A stretch of DNA of 63,162 nucleotides, filler included. It is 7 parts of 7 records of this genome, joined end to end, with 100 filler letters (N's around TTAATTAATTAA, not from the genome) between each part and the next. Parts side by side here need not be neighbours in the genome. Positions count along the whole stretch, not along the records: positions 7,724 to 13,839 come from DRR723986_17435; positions 13,940 to 28,939 come from DRR723986_17447; 5 more parts are not named here. One strand, written 5' to 3'. The notes under the pieces were generated by a model. It saw only the letters and a program-made list of their open reading frames with translations, had not been told where the DNA came from and ran no database searches. Below are positions 8,991 to 20,755 of this stretch, piece by piece. Every line of letters begins with the position of its first letter. Position 1 is the first letter of the stretch. A program made the translations under genes and the position numbers.

Positions 8991-11588
8991 ATGTCTGAAC
9001 GCGGCAGTAAAAAACCACGGTTGAACCCGATCCATTCGCTGTTCTTTAAGTGCACGTTTATGGTGGCAATCTGCGTGATTGTTGTTGTCGCGGTCATTGA
9101 GTTTCGCAACAACGTGTACATCCGCGCAAAGACCCAGCAGAACATCGCCGAACGCGCCGAAGAGGTGACAAATCTGCTGGCGGTTCAAATGGGCGGTTCG
9201 GTGAAATTTGGCAACACAGACGCGGTTGAAGGGATCGTCAGCGGCGTCGTGACCGAGGCGCGGCAGGAGGCCGTTGGCGCAGTGGTGATAGATCGCGAAG
9301 GCAAAATTGTCTTCCAAGGCGAAACACCGGAGTTTGAACCCCTGCGCGAAACGGCTGAAGAATTGGCACGCCAATCTCTCTCCAGCGGAACGGTGGTCAC
9401 GGCGGACAATGGCAAATTGATCGCGATGCCCCTGCGCTTTGGCCGCGAAAATGCGGTGGTCGGTTCGGTTGTCACAGCATGGAGCGATGCCTACGCGTTG
9501 CAAGCGCTTGCTCAGGAGAATGTGATTACGCTGGGCGTCGCGTTGGCCATTCTGGTCGCGGCGTTGGGGGTTGCGGCCTATTACCTGCGGACCCGGATGT
9601 CCCAACCCCTGGGCGCATTGGAAGCCGCGATGGAGCGGATTGCCAGCGCCGATTATGATACAGCGGTCCCTTTCATCAACCGGCGTGACGAGATCGGCAA
9701 AATGGCCGGCAAGTTGGATGCGTTTCGCAAGTCCTTGAGCAAGGCGCATCAGGCGCAACGCGAAAACGCCTTCAAAAGCGCCGCTTTTGCGGGGTCGTCC
9801 GCGTCTTTGATGGTCGTCGATGAAAACGCCAACGTGATTTTTTCCAACCCCGCTTGCATCGCCATTATCGAAAGCTTGATGCCTGAATTGCAAGAACATT
9901 GGCCAGATATCACGCCGGACAATCTGGTCGGCGCATCGCTGACACAGCTGAACGGAATGCAATCTGCGATCACAGGCATACTTGAGGGCGGCGAAGAGGC
10001 GGGCGCATCTGGGGAAACGGCAGTGACCCTGCGCGTTGCAGACCGGATCTTGAGAATTCGGACCAATCTGGCCCGTGATGGGGAAGGCAGGGTGATTGGA
10101 TGTGTGGTCGAATGGACGGACCGGACGGAAATTCAACACAACGCCGCTTTGCTGGATGCGATCAACACAGGCCAGTTGAGCGTGGAATTCTCGATCAAGG
10201 GGCAGGTTCTGGATGCCAACGACAATTTCCTCAAAATGATCAACGGCACCAAAAAAGATACAGAAGTCTGTTCACTGTTCTCGATGTTCGCAAACAATCT
10301 GGAAGGAGACACAGACGGGCGTCTCTTCGCAGCGGAGGCCTGCGCAGGCAAGATCCCTCCCGGCCGGTTCAAGGCCTACAGCATTCATGCGGACAAAGTG
10401 TTTGTTGTCGAAGGCAGCCTTGCGGTGATCAAGGATGAAAACGGCGCACCGGAAAAGGTCATTTTCCTTGGCGCTGATGTGACCGGCCAGGATGAGGCAA
10501 TGCGGGCCGCAGAACAGAGCAATGCAAAATCCGCAGAAGAGCAGGGCAATGTGGTGTCACTGTTGGGGGAGGCGCTGAACCGGCTTGCTGATGGCGATCT
10601 TGAGGCCGAAATCTCGGACCATGTGCCGCCCGCCTACGAAAAATTGCGTTCGGATTTTAACGGCACAGTCGACAGTCTGCGCAACGCTATCGCGACTGTG
10701 ATCCACAATTCCGATTCCATCCGCAGCGAAACCAATGAAATCACCTCGGCCGCAGACGATCTGTCACGCCGCACCGAAAAACAGGCCGCGACCCTGGAAG
10801 AAACCGCCGCAGCCTTGGATGAATTAACCGTTTCAGTTCGATCTGCAGCCGAAGGTGCCGATGACGCCAGCAAAATGTCGGCGGACGCCCAGAAAAATGC
10901 CGAACAGGGCGGTGAGGTGGCCCGGCAGGCCGTGGATGCGATGGATGGGATCAAAAACTCGTCTCAGGAGATTTCCAAGATCACCAGCGTGATCGACGAC
11001 ATCGCCTTTCAAACCAATCTGCTGGCGCTCAACGCCGGGGTCGAGGCGGCGCGCGCAGGCGAGGCTGGCCGCGGCTTTGCGGTTGTCGCCACCGAAGTCC
11101 GCGCCCTTGCGCAACGGTCGTCAGATGCGGCACGCGAGATCAACACGCTGATCTCCTCCAGCGGTGAGCAGGTCCGCCAAGGGGTTGATCTGGTGGACCG
11201 CACCGGCAGTGCCCTGGCCTCCATCGTGACGTCGGTTTCCGAGATATCAAACAGAGTTTCGAATATCGCCACCTCGGCCCGCGAACAATCCAGCGGCCTG
11301 GCCGAGATCAACACAGCGGTCAACGAATTGGACCACGTCACCCAGCAAAACGCAGCCATGTTCGAAGAAACAACCGCGGCCAGCCATGCCCTGACCAGTG
11401 AGGCTGATGCGTTGGCGCAAGCCGTCGCGCGGTTCCGGTTGGGCGCCACCCAAGCGGCGCCCGCGCCGATTGTAACTGCGCCTGCACCGACCAGCCCCGC
11501 AAAACAGCCCGTGCCAGCCTTGCCAGCCAGCCAAGGCAACGCCGCGCTGAATATTGCCGCCGATGCCGACGGCTGGGAAGAGTTCTAA
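8991..11588 (+). CDS. Methyl-accepting chemotaxis protein (2 TM, HAMP, PAS-like regions, signalling domain)
   Basis: [51 protein letters not shown]-terminal pentapeptide GWEEF. Confidence 0.93.
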   Translation: MSERGSKKPRLNPIHSLFFKCTFMVAICVIVVVAVIEFRNNVYIRAKTQQNIAERAEEVTNLLAVQMGGSVKFGNTDAVEGIVSGVVTEARQEAVGAVVIDREGKIVFQGETPEFEPLRETAEELARQSLSSGTVVTADNGKLIAMPLRFGRENAVVGSVVTAWSDAYALQALAQENVITLGVALAILVAALGVAAYYLRTRMSQPLGALEAAMERIASADYDTAVPFINRRDEIGKMAGKLDAFRKSLSKAHQAQRENAFKSAAFAGSSASLMVVDENANVIFSNPACIAIIESLMPELQEHWPDITPDNLVGASLTQLNGMQSAITGILEGGEEAGASGETAVTLRVADRILRIRTNLARDGEGRVIGCVVEWTDRTEIQHNAALLDAINTGQLSVEFSIKGQVLDANDNFLKMINGTKKDTEVCSLFSMFANNLEGDTDGRLFAAEACAGKIPPGRFKAYSIHADKVFVVEGSLAVIKDENGAPEKVIFLGADVTGQDEAMRAAEQSNAKSAEEQGNVVSLLGEALNRLADGDLEAEISDHVPPAYEKLRSDFNGTVDSLRNAIATVIHNSDSIRSETNEITSAADDLSRRTEKQAATLEETAAALDELTVSVRSAAEGADDASKMSADAQKNAEQGGEVARQAVDAMDGIKNSSQEISKITSVIDDIAFQTNLLALNAGVEAARAGEAGRGFAVVATEVRALAQRSSDAAREINTLISSSGEQVRQGVDLVDRTGSALASIVTSVSEISNRVSNIATSAREQSSGLAEINTAVNELDHVTQQNAAMFEETTAASHALTSEADALAQAVARFRLGATQAAPAPIVTAPAPTSPAKQPVPALPASQGNAALNIAADADGWEEF

Positions 11589-11746
11589 CGTCAAAAACTG
11601 AAGCAGATGACAACCCGCTCCGAGGGCGCGCCCAAAGGGCATTCACAATAGCCCCAAAGAGACAAAAAGGACGCTATTCAAAGCAGGGCGGCTGAAAAAC
11701 CCGCCAAATCAGTCAACGCCAAGGCCAATGCCAACGCCGGTGGCGA

Positions 11747-13459
11747 TCACTCACGGGTTCCGGCAAAACGCTCCGCCCAGCTTTCGCGATCTTCGTCGCT
11801 GATCTTTGCGAACAACACCTCGGGAACGTCGAAAGCATGACCCGGCGCCATCACCGACAATGTGGCAGCCACATCATCGGGCCACAGCCGATCGGGAAGA
11901 TGTACAGCAGACAACATTTTGGCCGCTGCATCAGGAATAAACGGCGCAGAAAGGTTGGCATAGAACGGGATCAGGTTCAGCGCCAATCGCACCTGCGCGG
12001 CGGCCTTGTCCGGGTCGGTTTTGAACGTTGTCCAAGGCGCTTGGGCCTGTAGGTATTCGTTGCCCGCCGCCCAAATCGCACGCAATTCCTGCGCCGCCTT
12101 GCGCACTTCAATCGCGTCCATATGGCCTTGATACCGCGTGACCCGCTCGGTCAGATCCGCGATCAAGGCCTCTTCAGCCTCACCAAAGTCACCCGCCTCC
12201 GGCACGGCTTCGCCAAATTTGGAGCGGCAGAACTTGGTGATCCGGCTGACAAAATTCCCCAGAACATCGGCCAGATCCTTGTTCACTGACGATTGAAAGT
12301 TCTCCCAGGTAAACTCTGCATCCGAGGTCTCGGGCGCATGGCTGAGCAGCCACCAACGCCAATAGTCAGCCGGCAACAGCTCAAGCGCCTGATCCATAAA
12401 CACACCGCGCCCGCGCGAGGTGCTGAACTGGCCACCATCATAGTTCAGGTAGTTGAATGATTTGATGTAATCCACCAACTTCCACGGCTCATTCGACCCC
12501 ATGATCGTCGCAGGGAAACTGAGCGTGTGAAACGGCACATTGTCCTTGCCCATAAACTGGGTGTAGCGCACGTCATCCGCGCCCTGATCGGTGCGCCACC
12601 AACGCTGCCAATCCGTGCCTTTGCCCGCATCGACCCATTCCTGCGCACAGGCGATATATTCGATGGGGGCGTCAAACCAAACGTAGAACACCTTGCCTTC
12701 CATGCCCGGCCATTCCGTATCACCGCGTTTAACCGGTACGCCCCAATCGAGATCCCGCGTGATGCCGCGATCTTGCAATCCGTCGCCGTCATGCAACCAC
12801 TTTTTGGCAATCGAGGTGGTCAACACCGGCCAATCGGCCTTGCTGTCGATCCATTGATCAAGGCGGTCTTTCATCTGGCTTTGCTTGAGGAACAGATGTT
12901 TGGTGTCGCGCATTTCAAGCTCGGTTGAGCCGGAGATGGTGCTATGCGCGTCGATCAGGTCAACCGGGTCCAACTGCTTGGTGCAATTGTCACATTGATC
13001 GCCGCGCGCGCTGTCGAACCCGCAATTGGGGCAGGTGCCCTCAATATAACGGTCGGGCAGAAACCGCCCGTCAGCCACGGAATAAACCTGCTGTTCGACG
13101 ACGTCTTCGATCAAGCCCTGATCGGCCAGAACACCGGCGAAATGCTGGGTCAGCTTTTGGTTCTGGACGCTGGAGGAGCGGCCGAAGTGATCAAACGAGA
13201 GGCCAAATCCATCCGCGATCTTGGCCTGCGCCGCATGCATTTCCGCGCAATACTCGGCGACAGGTTTGCCCGCTTTTGCCGCCGCCAATTCGGCGGGCGT
13301 GCCGTGTTCATCCGTGGCGCAGAGGAACAAAACCTCATTGCCGCGCGCGCGCAGGTAACGGGCATAGAGATCCGCAGGCAGCTGGCTGCCCACAAGATTG
13401 CCCAGATGTTTGATCCCGTTGATATAGGGGATGGCCGATGTAATCAGATGTCGGGTCAC
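11747..13459 (-). CDS. metG: Methionine--tRNA ligase
   Basis: [19 protein letters not shown], zinc knuckle [27 protein letters not shown]. Confidence 0.96.
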   Translation of the reverse strand: MTRHLITSAIPYINGIKHLGNLVGSQLPADLYARYLRARGNEVLFLCATDEHGTPAELAAAKAGKPVAEYCAEMHAAQAKIADGFGLSFDHFGRSSSVQNQKLTQHFAGVLADQGLIEDVVEQQVYSVADGRFLPDRYIEGTCPNCGFDSARGDQCDNCTKQLDPVDLIDAHSTISGSTELEMRDTKHLFLKQSQMKDRLDQWIDSKADWPVLTTSIAKKWLHDGDGLQDRGITRDLDWGVPVKRGDTEWPGMEGKVFYVWFDAPIEYIACAQEWVDAGKGTDWQRWWRTDQGADDVRYTQFMGKDNVPFHTLSFPATIMGSNEPWKLVDYIKSFNYLNYDGGQFSTSRGRGVFMDQALELLPADYWRWWLLSHAPETSDAEFTWENFQSSVNKDLADVLGNFVSRITKFCRSKFGEAVPEAGDFGEAEEALIADLTERVTRYQGHMDAIEVRKAAQELRAIWAAGNEYLQAQAPWTTFKTDPDKAAAQVRLALNLIPFYANLSAPFIPDAAAKMLSAVHLPDRLWPDDVAATLSVMAPGHAFDVPEVLFAKISDEDRESWAERFAGTRE

Positions 13460-13540
13460 GCGCGAAATGCCTTTAGCCGTTGTTTGATGCTGCTTTAGCA
13501 GGCGGCGGGATCACTGGCCAGCCTGCACAAACAGCATGCC

Positions 13541-13839
13541 CTATTTCTCGCGGCTGCGGCCCAACAGGCGACCAACCTGAAAGCTTGTGCGCGGGGCATA
13601 GACATAACGGGTGCGATCTTTGCGGGTCGGACGTGCCCGCATCCGGGTCAGCCCGAAGACGACCAGTATTGCGTGGCCTGCCGATATCATCAAAAACAGC
13701 GCCGATGCGCCGAAATTCTCGATCAGGACCGAGGCAAGGTAGGGCGCAAAAATCGCGCCAAGGGCAAAGAAAAACATCAGTGCGGCGGACAGTTCCACCC
13801 GTTCTTCGCTGCTGGCAAAATCATGGGCGTGGGCGGCGG
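13541..13839 (-). CDS. MFS transporter, C-terminal fragment
   Basis: Frame is open to the contig end. AHAHDFA...ELSAALMFFFALGAIFAP plus two hydrophobic helices. Confidence 0.75.
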
Positions 13840-13939
13840 NNNNNNNNNNNNNNNNNNNNNNNNNNNNNNNNNNNNNNNNNNNNTTAATTAATTAANNNNN
13901 NNNNNNNNNNNNNNNNNNNNNNNNNNNNNNNNNNNNNNN
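13840..13939. other. Artificial contig spacer
   Basis: Same N/TTAATTAATTAA/N linker. Confidence 0.97.
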
Positions 13940-14151
<212 letters not shown>

Positions 14152-14152
<1 letters not shown>

Positions 14153-15042
14153 TGTCAAAGCGGGTTCTGGTAACGGGAAGCCAGGGGTTTACTGGCCAGT
14201 ATATGACTGCGGAGCTTGAGGCTGCGGGTTATGACGTGATCGGCTTCGGTAGTCATCCCGGCGTGGGTGAGTACTATATGCAGGCTGATCTTACTGATGT
14301 AGCGGCTGTTGCAAGGGCGGTAGCTGAGGCAAAGCCAGATGTCGTCATTCATCTGGCAGCACTGGCTTTCGTCGCTCATGGCAACGCGCGAGCATTTTAC
14401 GAAGTAAATCTGATCGGAACTCGCAATCTGCTGCAGGCATTGGCTGATCTGGATACCCCCCCTGAAGTTGTTCTATTGGCCAGCAGTGCCAATGTTTATG
14501 GTAATCAGGCGGGAGGGCAGCTGGCAGAAACTGCATTCCCGGCGCCTGCCAATGACTATGCTGTTAGTAAAGTCGCAATGGAATACATGGCAAGAACCTG
14601 GATGAACCGGCTTCCGATTGTTTTAGCAAGGCCGTTCAATTATACCGGAGTCGGGCAGGCCGAAAATTTCTTGCTGCCGAAAATTGTTTCCCACTTTGCG
14701 CAGAAAAAAAGCGTTATAGAGCTGGGGAACCTTGATGTTTCAAGGGATTTCAGTGACGTTCGTGCTGTTGTTTCGGCCTATCGGGCCCTTGTGGAACGTA
14801 AGCCAGTTGGTGAGATCTTTAACATAGCCTCCGGTCAAGCTCATTCTTTGAGAAAGATTTTGCAGCTTTGCAGCGATATTACAGGCCACCATCCGGAGAT
14901 CCGCGTTAACCCGGATTTCGTGAGAGCGAATGAGGTTAAGTCTTTGTGCGGGGATGTTTCCAAGCTGCGGGGTTGTATTGGCGGCTGGAGCACGCCGCCT
15001 ATTGAGGATACGCTGCACTGGATGCTTACGGCGGAATCGTGA
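14152..15042 (+). CDS. rmd: GDP-4-keto-6-deoxy-D-mannose reductase-like SDR (Rmd/Tld type)
   Basis: VLVTGSQGFTG, SSANVYG, YAVSK, RPFNYTG, GNLDVSRDFSDVR. Coupled to gmd. Confidence 0.6.
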
Positions 15043-16184
15043 ACGTTATTTTGTCGATAGAGGCTGTTCGGTTTCCTCTCACCGGCATTGGTCGGTATTC
15101 CTATGAGCTCGCCAAAGGGCTGATGGCGAGTGATGAAATTGATCAGCTGAAGCTATTTTCCGGACTTCGTTTTAGCTCTGGACTACCCGCGTCGCGGGAA
15201 GCCTCTTCGAGTGTGTATAGCCTTAAACGCGTTGTTCAGCGTAGTCGCCTGCTAACGGCTTTGTACCAGACCGGCAATCCTGTCATTCGGTGGATGACGT
15301 TGCGCGGTTGTAATGATTATGTATATCACAGCCCAAATTTTTTTCTTCCGCCATTCCGCGGGCGAAAAATTGCGACATTTCATGACCTATCTGCGTTCAA
15401 CTGGGCTGAGTGTTACGAGCCTGTCAAAGTCCGCTATCTTCAGAAGGGATTAAGGCATACGTTGGATAATGCCGATGCGTTAATTACAGATTCCGAGTTT
15501 ACCCGTCGGGAGCTGGCGTCATTCAGTGGATGGTCTCTTGATAAAATTCATGCTATTCCCTTAGCTAGTTCCCCTGAATTCTATCCGCGGGGTGAGATGC
15601 AAACCTTGCCTGTTCTTAAGAAGTATGGATTACGGTATCAGGGTTATACTCTTTATGTTGGAACAATTGAGCCACGAAAGAATCTCGGGCGTTTGCTGGA
15701 TGCTTATGCGCGATTACCGCTTGAACTGAGGAGGCGGTGGCCCTTGGTGTTAAGCGGTTATAAGGGCTGGCGGAGTGAAGGAGTGCATAATAGGGTTCGA
15801 GGTGCCGAGCGTGAAGGATGGGCCAGGTATTTGGGGTATGTGGACGCTGAAGAGCTTCCGCACTTATATGCTGGAGCACGGGTATTCGTTTTTCCATCTT
15901 TGTACGAAGGGTTTGGCTTGCCAGTGCTGGAGGCTATGAGTTCTGGCGTGCCAGTTGTTTGCAGTGATAGTTCGTCCTTACCGGAAGTGGCCGGTGGCGC
16001 GGCATTAATGTCTGACCCTCTCGATGTTGTTGGAATGTCAGAGAATATTCAGTTTTGTCTGGAAAATGATACATGGCGTTATACGGCAATTGCCCGGGGA
16101 TTGGAGCGGGCCAGACACTTCTCTTGGCAGGCCTGTGTAGAAGACACTTTGGCCGTTTACCGTGGTGTTGAGGGCTCACCATAA
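15039..16184 (+). CDS. Glycosyltransferase family 4 (mannosyl/rhamnosyltransferase-like)
   Basis: TGIGRY, TFHDLS, VGTIEPRKN, FPSLYEGFGLPVLEAM. Confidence 0.9.
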   Translation: MNVILSIEAVRFPLTGIGRYSYELAKGLMASDEIDQLKLFSGLRFSSGLPASREASSSVYSLKRVVQRSRLLTALYQTGNPVIRWMTLRGCNDYVYHSPNFFLPPFRGRKIATFHDLSAFNWAECYEPVKVRYLQKGLRHTLDNADALITDSEFTRRELASFSGWSLDKIHAIPLASSPEFYPRGEMQTLPVLKKYGLRYQGYTLYVGTIEPRKNLGRLLDAYARLPLELRRRWPLVLSGYKGWRSEGVHNRVRGAEREGWARYLGYVDAEELPHLYAGARVFVFPSLYEGFGLPVLEAMSSGVPVVCSDSSSLPEVAGGAALMSDPLDVVGMSENIQFCLENDTWRYTAIARGLERARHFSWQACVEDTLAVYRGVEGSP

Positions 16185-16220
16185 GATGAGGTGTTTGTTC
16201 TCGAACGGCTGCGAGGGACT

Positions 16221-18185
16221 ATGGCTGCTACTTTAAATCGTCTGAAGCATTGGCTTTTCGAGCTTCCGAGGCCCCATAAGCGACTGATATCTGTTCTTGC
16301 CGATACCTTCTTTATTTTTTTGGCGCTTTGGGGAGCTCATGCTCTTCGTTTTGAGGACTTTACCTGGGTTCCAGATGACCGGCAGGTCCTGGTGTTTTTT
16401 TCTACGGCGTTTGTATCGATCTTCGTATTTGTAAGGCTGGGGCTGTACCGCGCTGTAATACGCTACATAGGTGAAAAAGCTCTGGTGGTCGTGATGGCTG
16501 GCGTCGCTTTTTCGTGCGTCGCATTGATAATTTCTGGTTTCCTCTTTCAGGCGATGGTGCCGCGCTCGGTACCTGTGCTTTATGCCGCTTTTGTTTTTCT
16601 CTTGGTTGCCGGCACCCGTTTTGTGTTTCGTGCATTGATTAATCGCCCCATGGAAAAATCCAAGGGCCGGGTATTGATTATTGGTACTGGCCCTAAAGCC
16701 ATACAACTGTCCTCAGCTCTGGGCCAAGGCACGGAATACCGACCGATGGGGTTTGTTTCTCTCGATGGCAATAAACACAAATCCATGATTTCTGGCCTTC
16801 AGGTTTATGGAGTGAGCTTTATCCACAAGGCCGTCAGGGATCAGGGTATCCAGCGGGTTTTCTTGGCTCTGGAGGATGACGGTGTCGTCAACCGCAGCGC
16901 ACTTATCGCGCGCCTTGAGGATTTGTCTGTGCCTGTACAGACTGTACCGGCTATGTCCGAGCTAGTGGCCGGGCGGGCACGCATCAATGATATCCGTGAT
17001 CTTGATATAGAGGACCTGCTGGGTCGAGATTCTGTTTTGCCTGATTTAGGAGCGATTGAGAATAGCCTGCAGGATAAGATTGTATTAATTACCGGAGCGG
17101 GTGGGTCCATCGGTTCGGAATTGTGTCGGCAAATCCTGCGCCATCAACCCCGGGCCTTGGTGTTGTTCGATATCTCTGAATATGCCCTTTACTCTGTTGA
17201 GCGTGAACTCAGAAATATTAGCTGGGTGAAGGGGCTGGGGGTTGAAATCTATCCGGTGTTGGGCAGCGTGACCCATCGTAGGCGCTGTGAGCGTGTAATG
17301 AAGGCTTTTGGTGTTCAGGTTGTGTATCACGCTGCGGCGTACAAGCATGTACCCTTAGTGGAGCACAACATAATTGAGGGCGTTCAGAACAACCTGTTCG
17401 GAACCTGGCATGCTGCTGAAGCGGCTATCAATGCGAATGTCGAGCGTTTCGTTTTGGTTTCCACTGATAAAGCGGTTCGGCCCACAAATATTATGGGAGC
17501 AACCAAGCGGCTGGCAGAGCTGGTTCTTCAGGCGCTGGCTGAACGGCAGGGGCAAACGATTTTTTCCATGGTTCGATTCGGCAATGTCTTGGGTTCCTCT
17601 GGCTCTGTGGTGCCTTTGTTTCGGGACCAGATAAGGGATGGAGGCCCCGTTACAGTTACTCATCCCGACATTACACGGTACTTCATGACCATTCCCGAAG
17701 CCAGCCAGCTTGTTCTGCAAGCGGGCGCCATGGGCAAAGGTGGTGAGGTCTTTGTTCTTGACATGGGTGAGCCTGTAAAGATTGCTGATCTTGCCCGAAA
17801 AATGATTCGCTTAATGGGGTTGACGGAGCGAGGTATAAAAAACCCTGATGGCGATATTGAACTGGTGTACACAGGGCTAAGGCCCGGGGAAAAGCTTTAT
17901 GAAGAATTGTTGATAGGGGATAATCCGCTCGGAACGACGCACCCAAGAATACTGATGGCCCGAGAGATATCGATGCCTTGGTCACAGGTGAATCGTGTTT
18001 TGCAGCGCCTGCATATGGCGAGTCGGGCTTTTGATTGTCCTGCCGTAATTGAGATACTTAAGCAGACTGACATTGGTTATCAATCCGCTGAAGGTCTCGA
18101 AGATTGGGTATGGTGCCAGACAGCCGGTGAAGTGTCGGATATAACGGACTTCGACGCAGCCGATAATGTTCGGTTCCTGTATTAG
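16221..18185 (+). CDS. Membrane-bound nucleotide sugar 4,6-dehydratase (WbpM/CapD family)
   Basis: Four TM segments, ITGAGGSIGSEL, HAAAYKHVP, STDKAVRP, RFGNVLGSSGSV, GLRPGEKLYEEL. Start may instead be GTG 16191. Confidence 0.9.
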   Translation: MAATLNRLKHWLFELPRPHKRLISVLADTFFIFLALWGAHALRFEDFTWVPDDRQVLVFFSTAFVSIFVFVRLGLYRAVIRYIGEKALVVVMAGVAFSCVALIISGFLFQAMVPRSVPVLYAAFVFLLVAGTRFVFRALINRPMEKSKGRVLIIGTGPKAIQLSSALGQGTEYRPMGFVSLDGNKHKSMISGLQVYGVSFIHKAVRDQGIQRVFLALEDDGVVNRSALIARLEDLSVPVQTVPAMSELVAGRARINDIRDLDIEDLLGRDSVLPDLGAIENSLQDKIVLITGAGGSIGSELCRQILRHQPRALVLFDISEYALYSVERELRNISWVKGLGVEIYPVLGSVTHRRRCERVMKAFGVQVVYHAAAYKHVPLVEHNIIEGVQNNLFGTWHAAEAAINANVERFVLVSTDKAVRPTNIMGATKRLAELVLQALAERQGQTIFSMVRFGNVLGSSGSVVPLFRDQIRDGGPVTVTHPDITRYFMTIPEASQLVLQAGAMGKGGEVFVLDMGEPVKIADLARKMIRLMGLTERGIKNPDGDIELVYTGLRPGEKLYEELLIGDNPLGTTHPRILMAREISMPWSQVNRVLQRLHMASRAFDCPAVIEILKQTDIGYQSAEGLEDWVWCQTAGEVSDITDFDAADNVRFLY

Positions 18186-19139
18186 ATGGCTCCTGAAATG
18201 CAGCGTATATTGGTTACCGGAGCCTCCGGTTTTGTGGGCTCCTGGTTATGCAGGCACTTGGTGTCGCACGGGTTCACTGTGTCCGGCTTGGTGCGAACCC
18301 GAAGTAGATGCCCGGACGGAGTTGAGCCGATTGTAGTCAAGGATGTCGCGGAACTTAATGCAGAGGATTGGGCTCATCTGGTCGCCGGAGTTGACGTAGT
18401 CGTTCATTGTGCTGCCATTGCACACGAGTTGTCCCTGCCAGTTAATGAGGCTAGAAGGGAGTATCATCGTGTCAACATTGGAGCAACGCTAGCTTTAGCG
18501 GATGCCGCGGCCCGTGGAGGCGTCTCGCGATTTCTGTTCTTGAGTACCGTTAAAGTGATGGGTGAGCGAACGTTACCTGGAAAGCCTTTTTCTTACACGT
18601 CTCCTGTCGCCCCTCGGAATCTATACGCGGAGTCCAAGAGCCTTGCTGAGGAGGGATTAGGTGCAATCAGTAGTCGCTCGCAGATGGATTTGGTGATTGT
18701 TAGGCCTCCATTGGTTTATGGCCCCGGCGCTGCCGGGAATATTGCCCTGTTGATGAAATGCCTCCAGCGTGGTTTGCCATTGCCGTTGGCGTCGGTAAAA
18801 AACGCTCGCAGCATGGTCTCGGTTGAAAACCTGGTAGATCTGATACACACCTGCATTGTCTTTCCGGCCCCAATTGCTGAGGTGTTGTTGGTTAGCGATG
18901 GTGAGGATGTCTCAACGCCGGGATTAGTCGAACGGTTAGCCCGGTCGATGGATGTCAAGCCCCGACTATTCCGCGTGCCTGTCGTTTTGCTTGAATTAGG
19001 TGCTCGCTTCGTGGGTCGTACCGGCGTCGTTAGCCGTTTGTCAGAGAACCTCGAAGTGGATATAAGCCGGACCAGGCGCTTGCTCGGATGGAATCCTCCT
19101 TATCGGATGGAGGATACCGTGGGAAAGATGGCGTGCTGA
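18186..19139 (+). CDS. NAD-dependent epimerase/4-reductase (WbpV/WbpK-like)
   Basis: LVTGASGFVG, YAESK, RPPLVYGPG, RSMVSVENL. Confidence 0.8.
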   Translation: MAPEMQRILVTGASGFVGSWLCRHLVSHGFTVSGLVRTRSRCPDGVEPIVVKDVAELNAEDWAHLVAGVDVVVHCAAIAHELSLPVNEARREYHRVNIGATLALADAAARGGVSRFLFLSTVKVMGERTLPGKPFSYTSPVAPRNLYAESKSLAEEGLGAISSRSQMDLVIVRPPLVYGPGAAGNIALLMKCLQRGLPLPLASVKNARSMVSVENLVDLIHTCIVFPAPIAEVLLVSDGEDVSTPGLVERLARSMDVKPRLFRVPVVLLELGARFVGRTGVVSRLSENLEVDISRTRRLLGWNPPYRMEDTVGKMAC

Positions 19140-19264
19140 TGGTAAATCTGTGGCGATATTTGAAAGCCCTTTGCCCTTCTATTCACAGATGTTTATTCCG
19201 GAGAGCAACGACCCTACGCTAGAGCGCGCAGGATTATAATGCCATAACTTGCAAGGATGCATTG

Positions 19265-20683
19265 ATGATCAATATCTTCCACCACGGTGCCACGCATGGG
19301 GTTACCGGCTCATGCCATGAACTACGAGTGTCTGAAGCCACCCGCTATTCAGGTATATTGATCGATTGTGGGCTTTTTCAGGGCGAGGAATCCCGAGGTT
19401 CCTCAACTGAGTTGTTTACGATTGACTTCCCTATTGACCATATTCATGCATTGGTTGTTACTCACGTTCATATCGATCATATCGGGCGTATTCCTTATCT
19501 GCTGGCAGCCGGGTTTAAAGGGCCAATTATTTGTTCCGAACCTACTGCTATTATGCTGCCAGAGATTCTTGAGGATGCGCTGAAAATTGGCTTTACACGT
19601 GATGGCGTATTGATTGATCGTGTACTTGGTTTGATTCGCTCCAGACTATTGCCTTTACCTTATGGCCGCTGGCACTCGGTGTTTGAGGAAAAGTCTCGCA
19701 GTTTGAAGGTGCGTTTGCAGCGGGCCGGGCATATTCTTGGCTCCGCCTACGTTGAGTGCGATGCGGTCTCCGGTTCTGTAGCTGAACGGGTTGTGTTCAG
19801 TGGCGATCTGGGTGCTCCGCACTCACCGCTTCTACCTGAGCCGGCATCACCAGCGCGAGCAGACCGTCTGGTCATTGAAAGCACCTACGGCGACAAGAAC
19901 CACGAAGACCGGGTAACACGGCGCTATCGTTTGAAATCGGTTCTCGAGCATGCTTTGGCGGACGGAGGTACCATTCTGATTCCTGCCTTCAGTATTGGCA
20001 GAACTCAGGAGTTGCTGTTTGAGATTGAGGGGCTGATTGCAGAGTTTGGCGCTGATCACGTTTCGCCAAGTTACCCTGAAGCAGATTTAACCTGGAATGA
20101 CCTGGAAATTGTAGTCGACTCCCCGCTAGCTGCCGAATTCACCCGAATCTATCGTGATCTCAAGCCCTTTTGGGATGAGGAATCTCTGGCTTTGGTTAGT
20201 GCGGGGCGTCACCCGCTATCGTTCGACCAGCTTGTGGTGATCCGTAGTCATGAAGAGCATCTCAAGACCGTAAATCATCTCGCTAAATCCCGCCGCCCAT
20301 GTGTGGTTATCGCAGGTTCCGGTATGTGTGCAGGTGGCAGAGTGGTAAATTATCTTAAAGCGATGCTTGGGGATGCCCGTAACGATGTGTTGTTCGTGGG
20401 TTATCAGGCCGCTGGAACGCCGGGGCGTGCTATTCAAACCTACGGTCCTCGCGGTGGCTGGGTAGAAATAGATGGCAAACGCTACGACATCCGGGCACAG
20501 GTACATACCGTTGGCGGCTACTCCGCCCATGCGGGACAAGAGGATTTGTTGCGTTTCGTGGCGGAAATCCCCGAGGTTCCCGAAGAAATCCGCATTGTGC
20601 ACGGAGATGAAGGTGCGAAGCGGGCCTTACAGAGGCAGTTGCAGCTGTTGGCTCCCAACACACTCGTAATAATACCAACATAG
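19265..20683 (+). CDS. MBL-fold metallo-hydrolase with beta-CASP domain
   Basis: VTGSCH, THVHIDHIGR, AGHILGS, FSGDLG, ESTYG, PAFSIGRTQE, GYSAHA, VHGD. Confidence 0.9.
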   Translation: MINIFHHGATHGVTGSCHELRVSEATRYSGILIDCGLFQGEESRGSSTELFTIDFPIDHIHALVVTHVHIDHIGRIPYLLAAGFKGPIICSEPTAIMLPEILEDALKIGFTRDGVLIDRVLGLIRSRLLPLPYGRWHSVFEEKSRSLKVRLQRAGHILGSAYVECDAVSGSVAERVVFSGDLGAPHSPLLPEPASPARADRLVIESTYGDKNHEDRVTRRYRLKSVLEHALADGGTILIPAFSIGRTQELLFEIEGLIAEFGADHVSPSYPEADLTWNDLEIVVDSPLAAEFTRIYRDLKPFWDEESLALVSAGRHPLSFDQLVVIRSHEEHLKTVNHLAKSRRPCVVIAGSGMCAGGRVVNYLKAMLGDARNDVLFVGYQAAGTPGRAIQTYGPRGGWVEIDGKRYDIRAQVHTVGGYSAHAGQEDLLRFVAEIPEVPEEIRIVHGDEGAKRALQRQLQLLAPNTLVIIPT

Positions 20684-20755
20684 ATCTTTGGGGCCAGGTC
20701 GCCGTACATTTCAAATCTTGATAAGCCGCGGGGCCGCCCCAAATGTGGAGGATAA

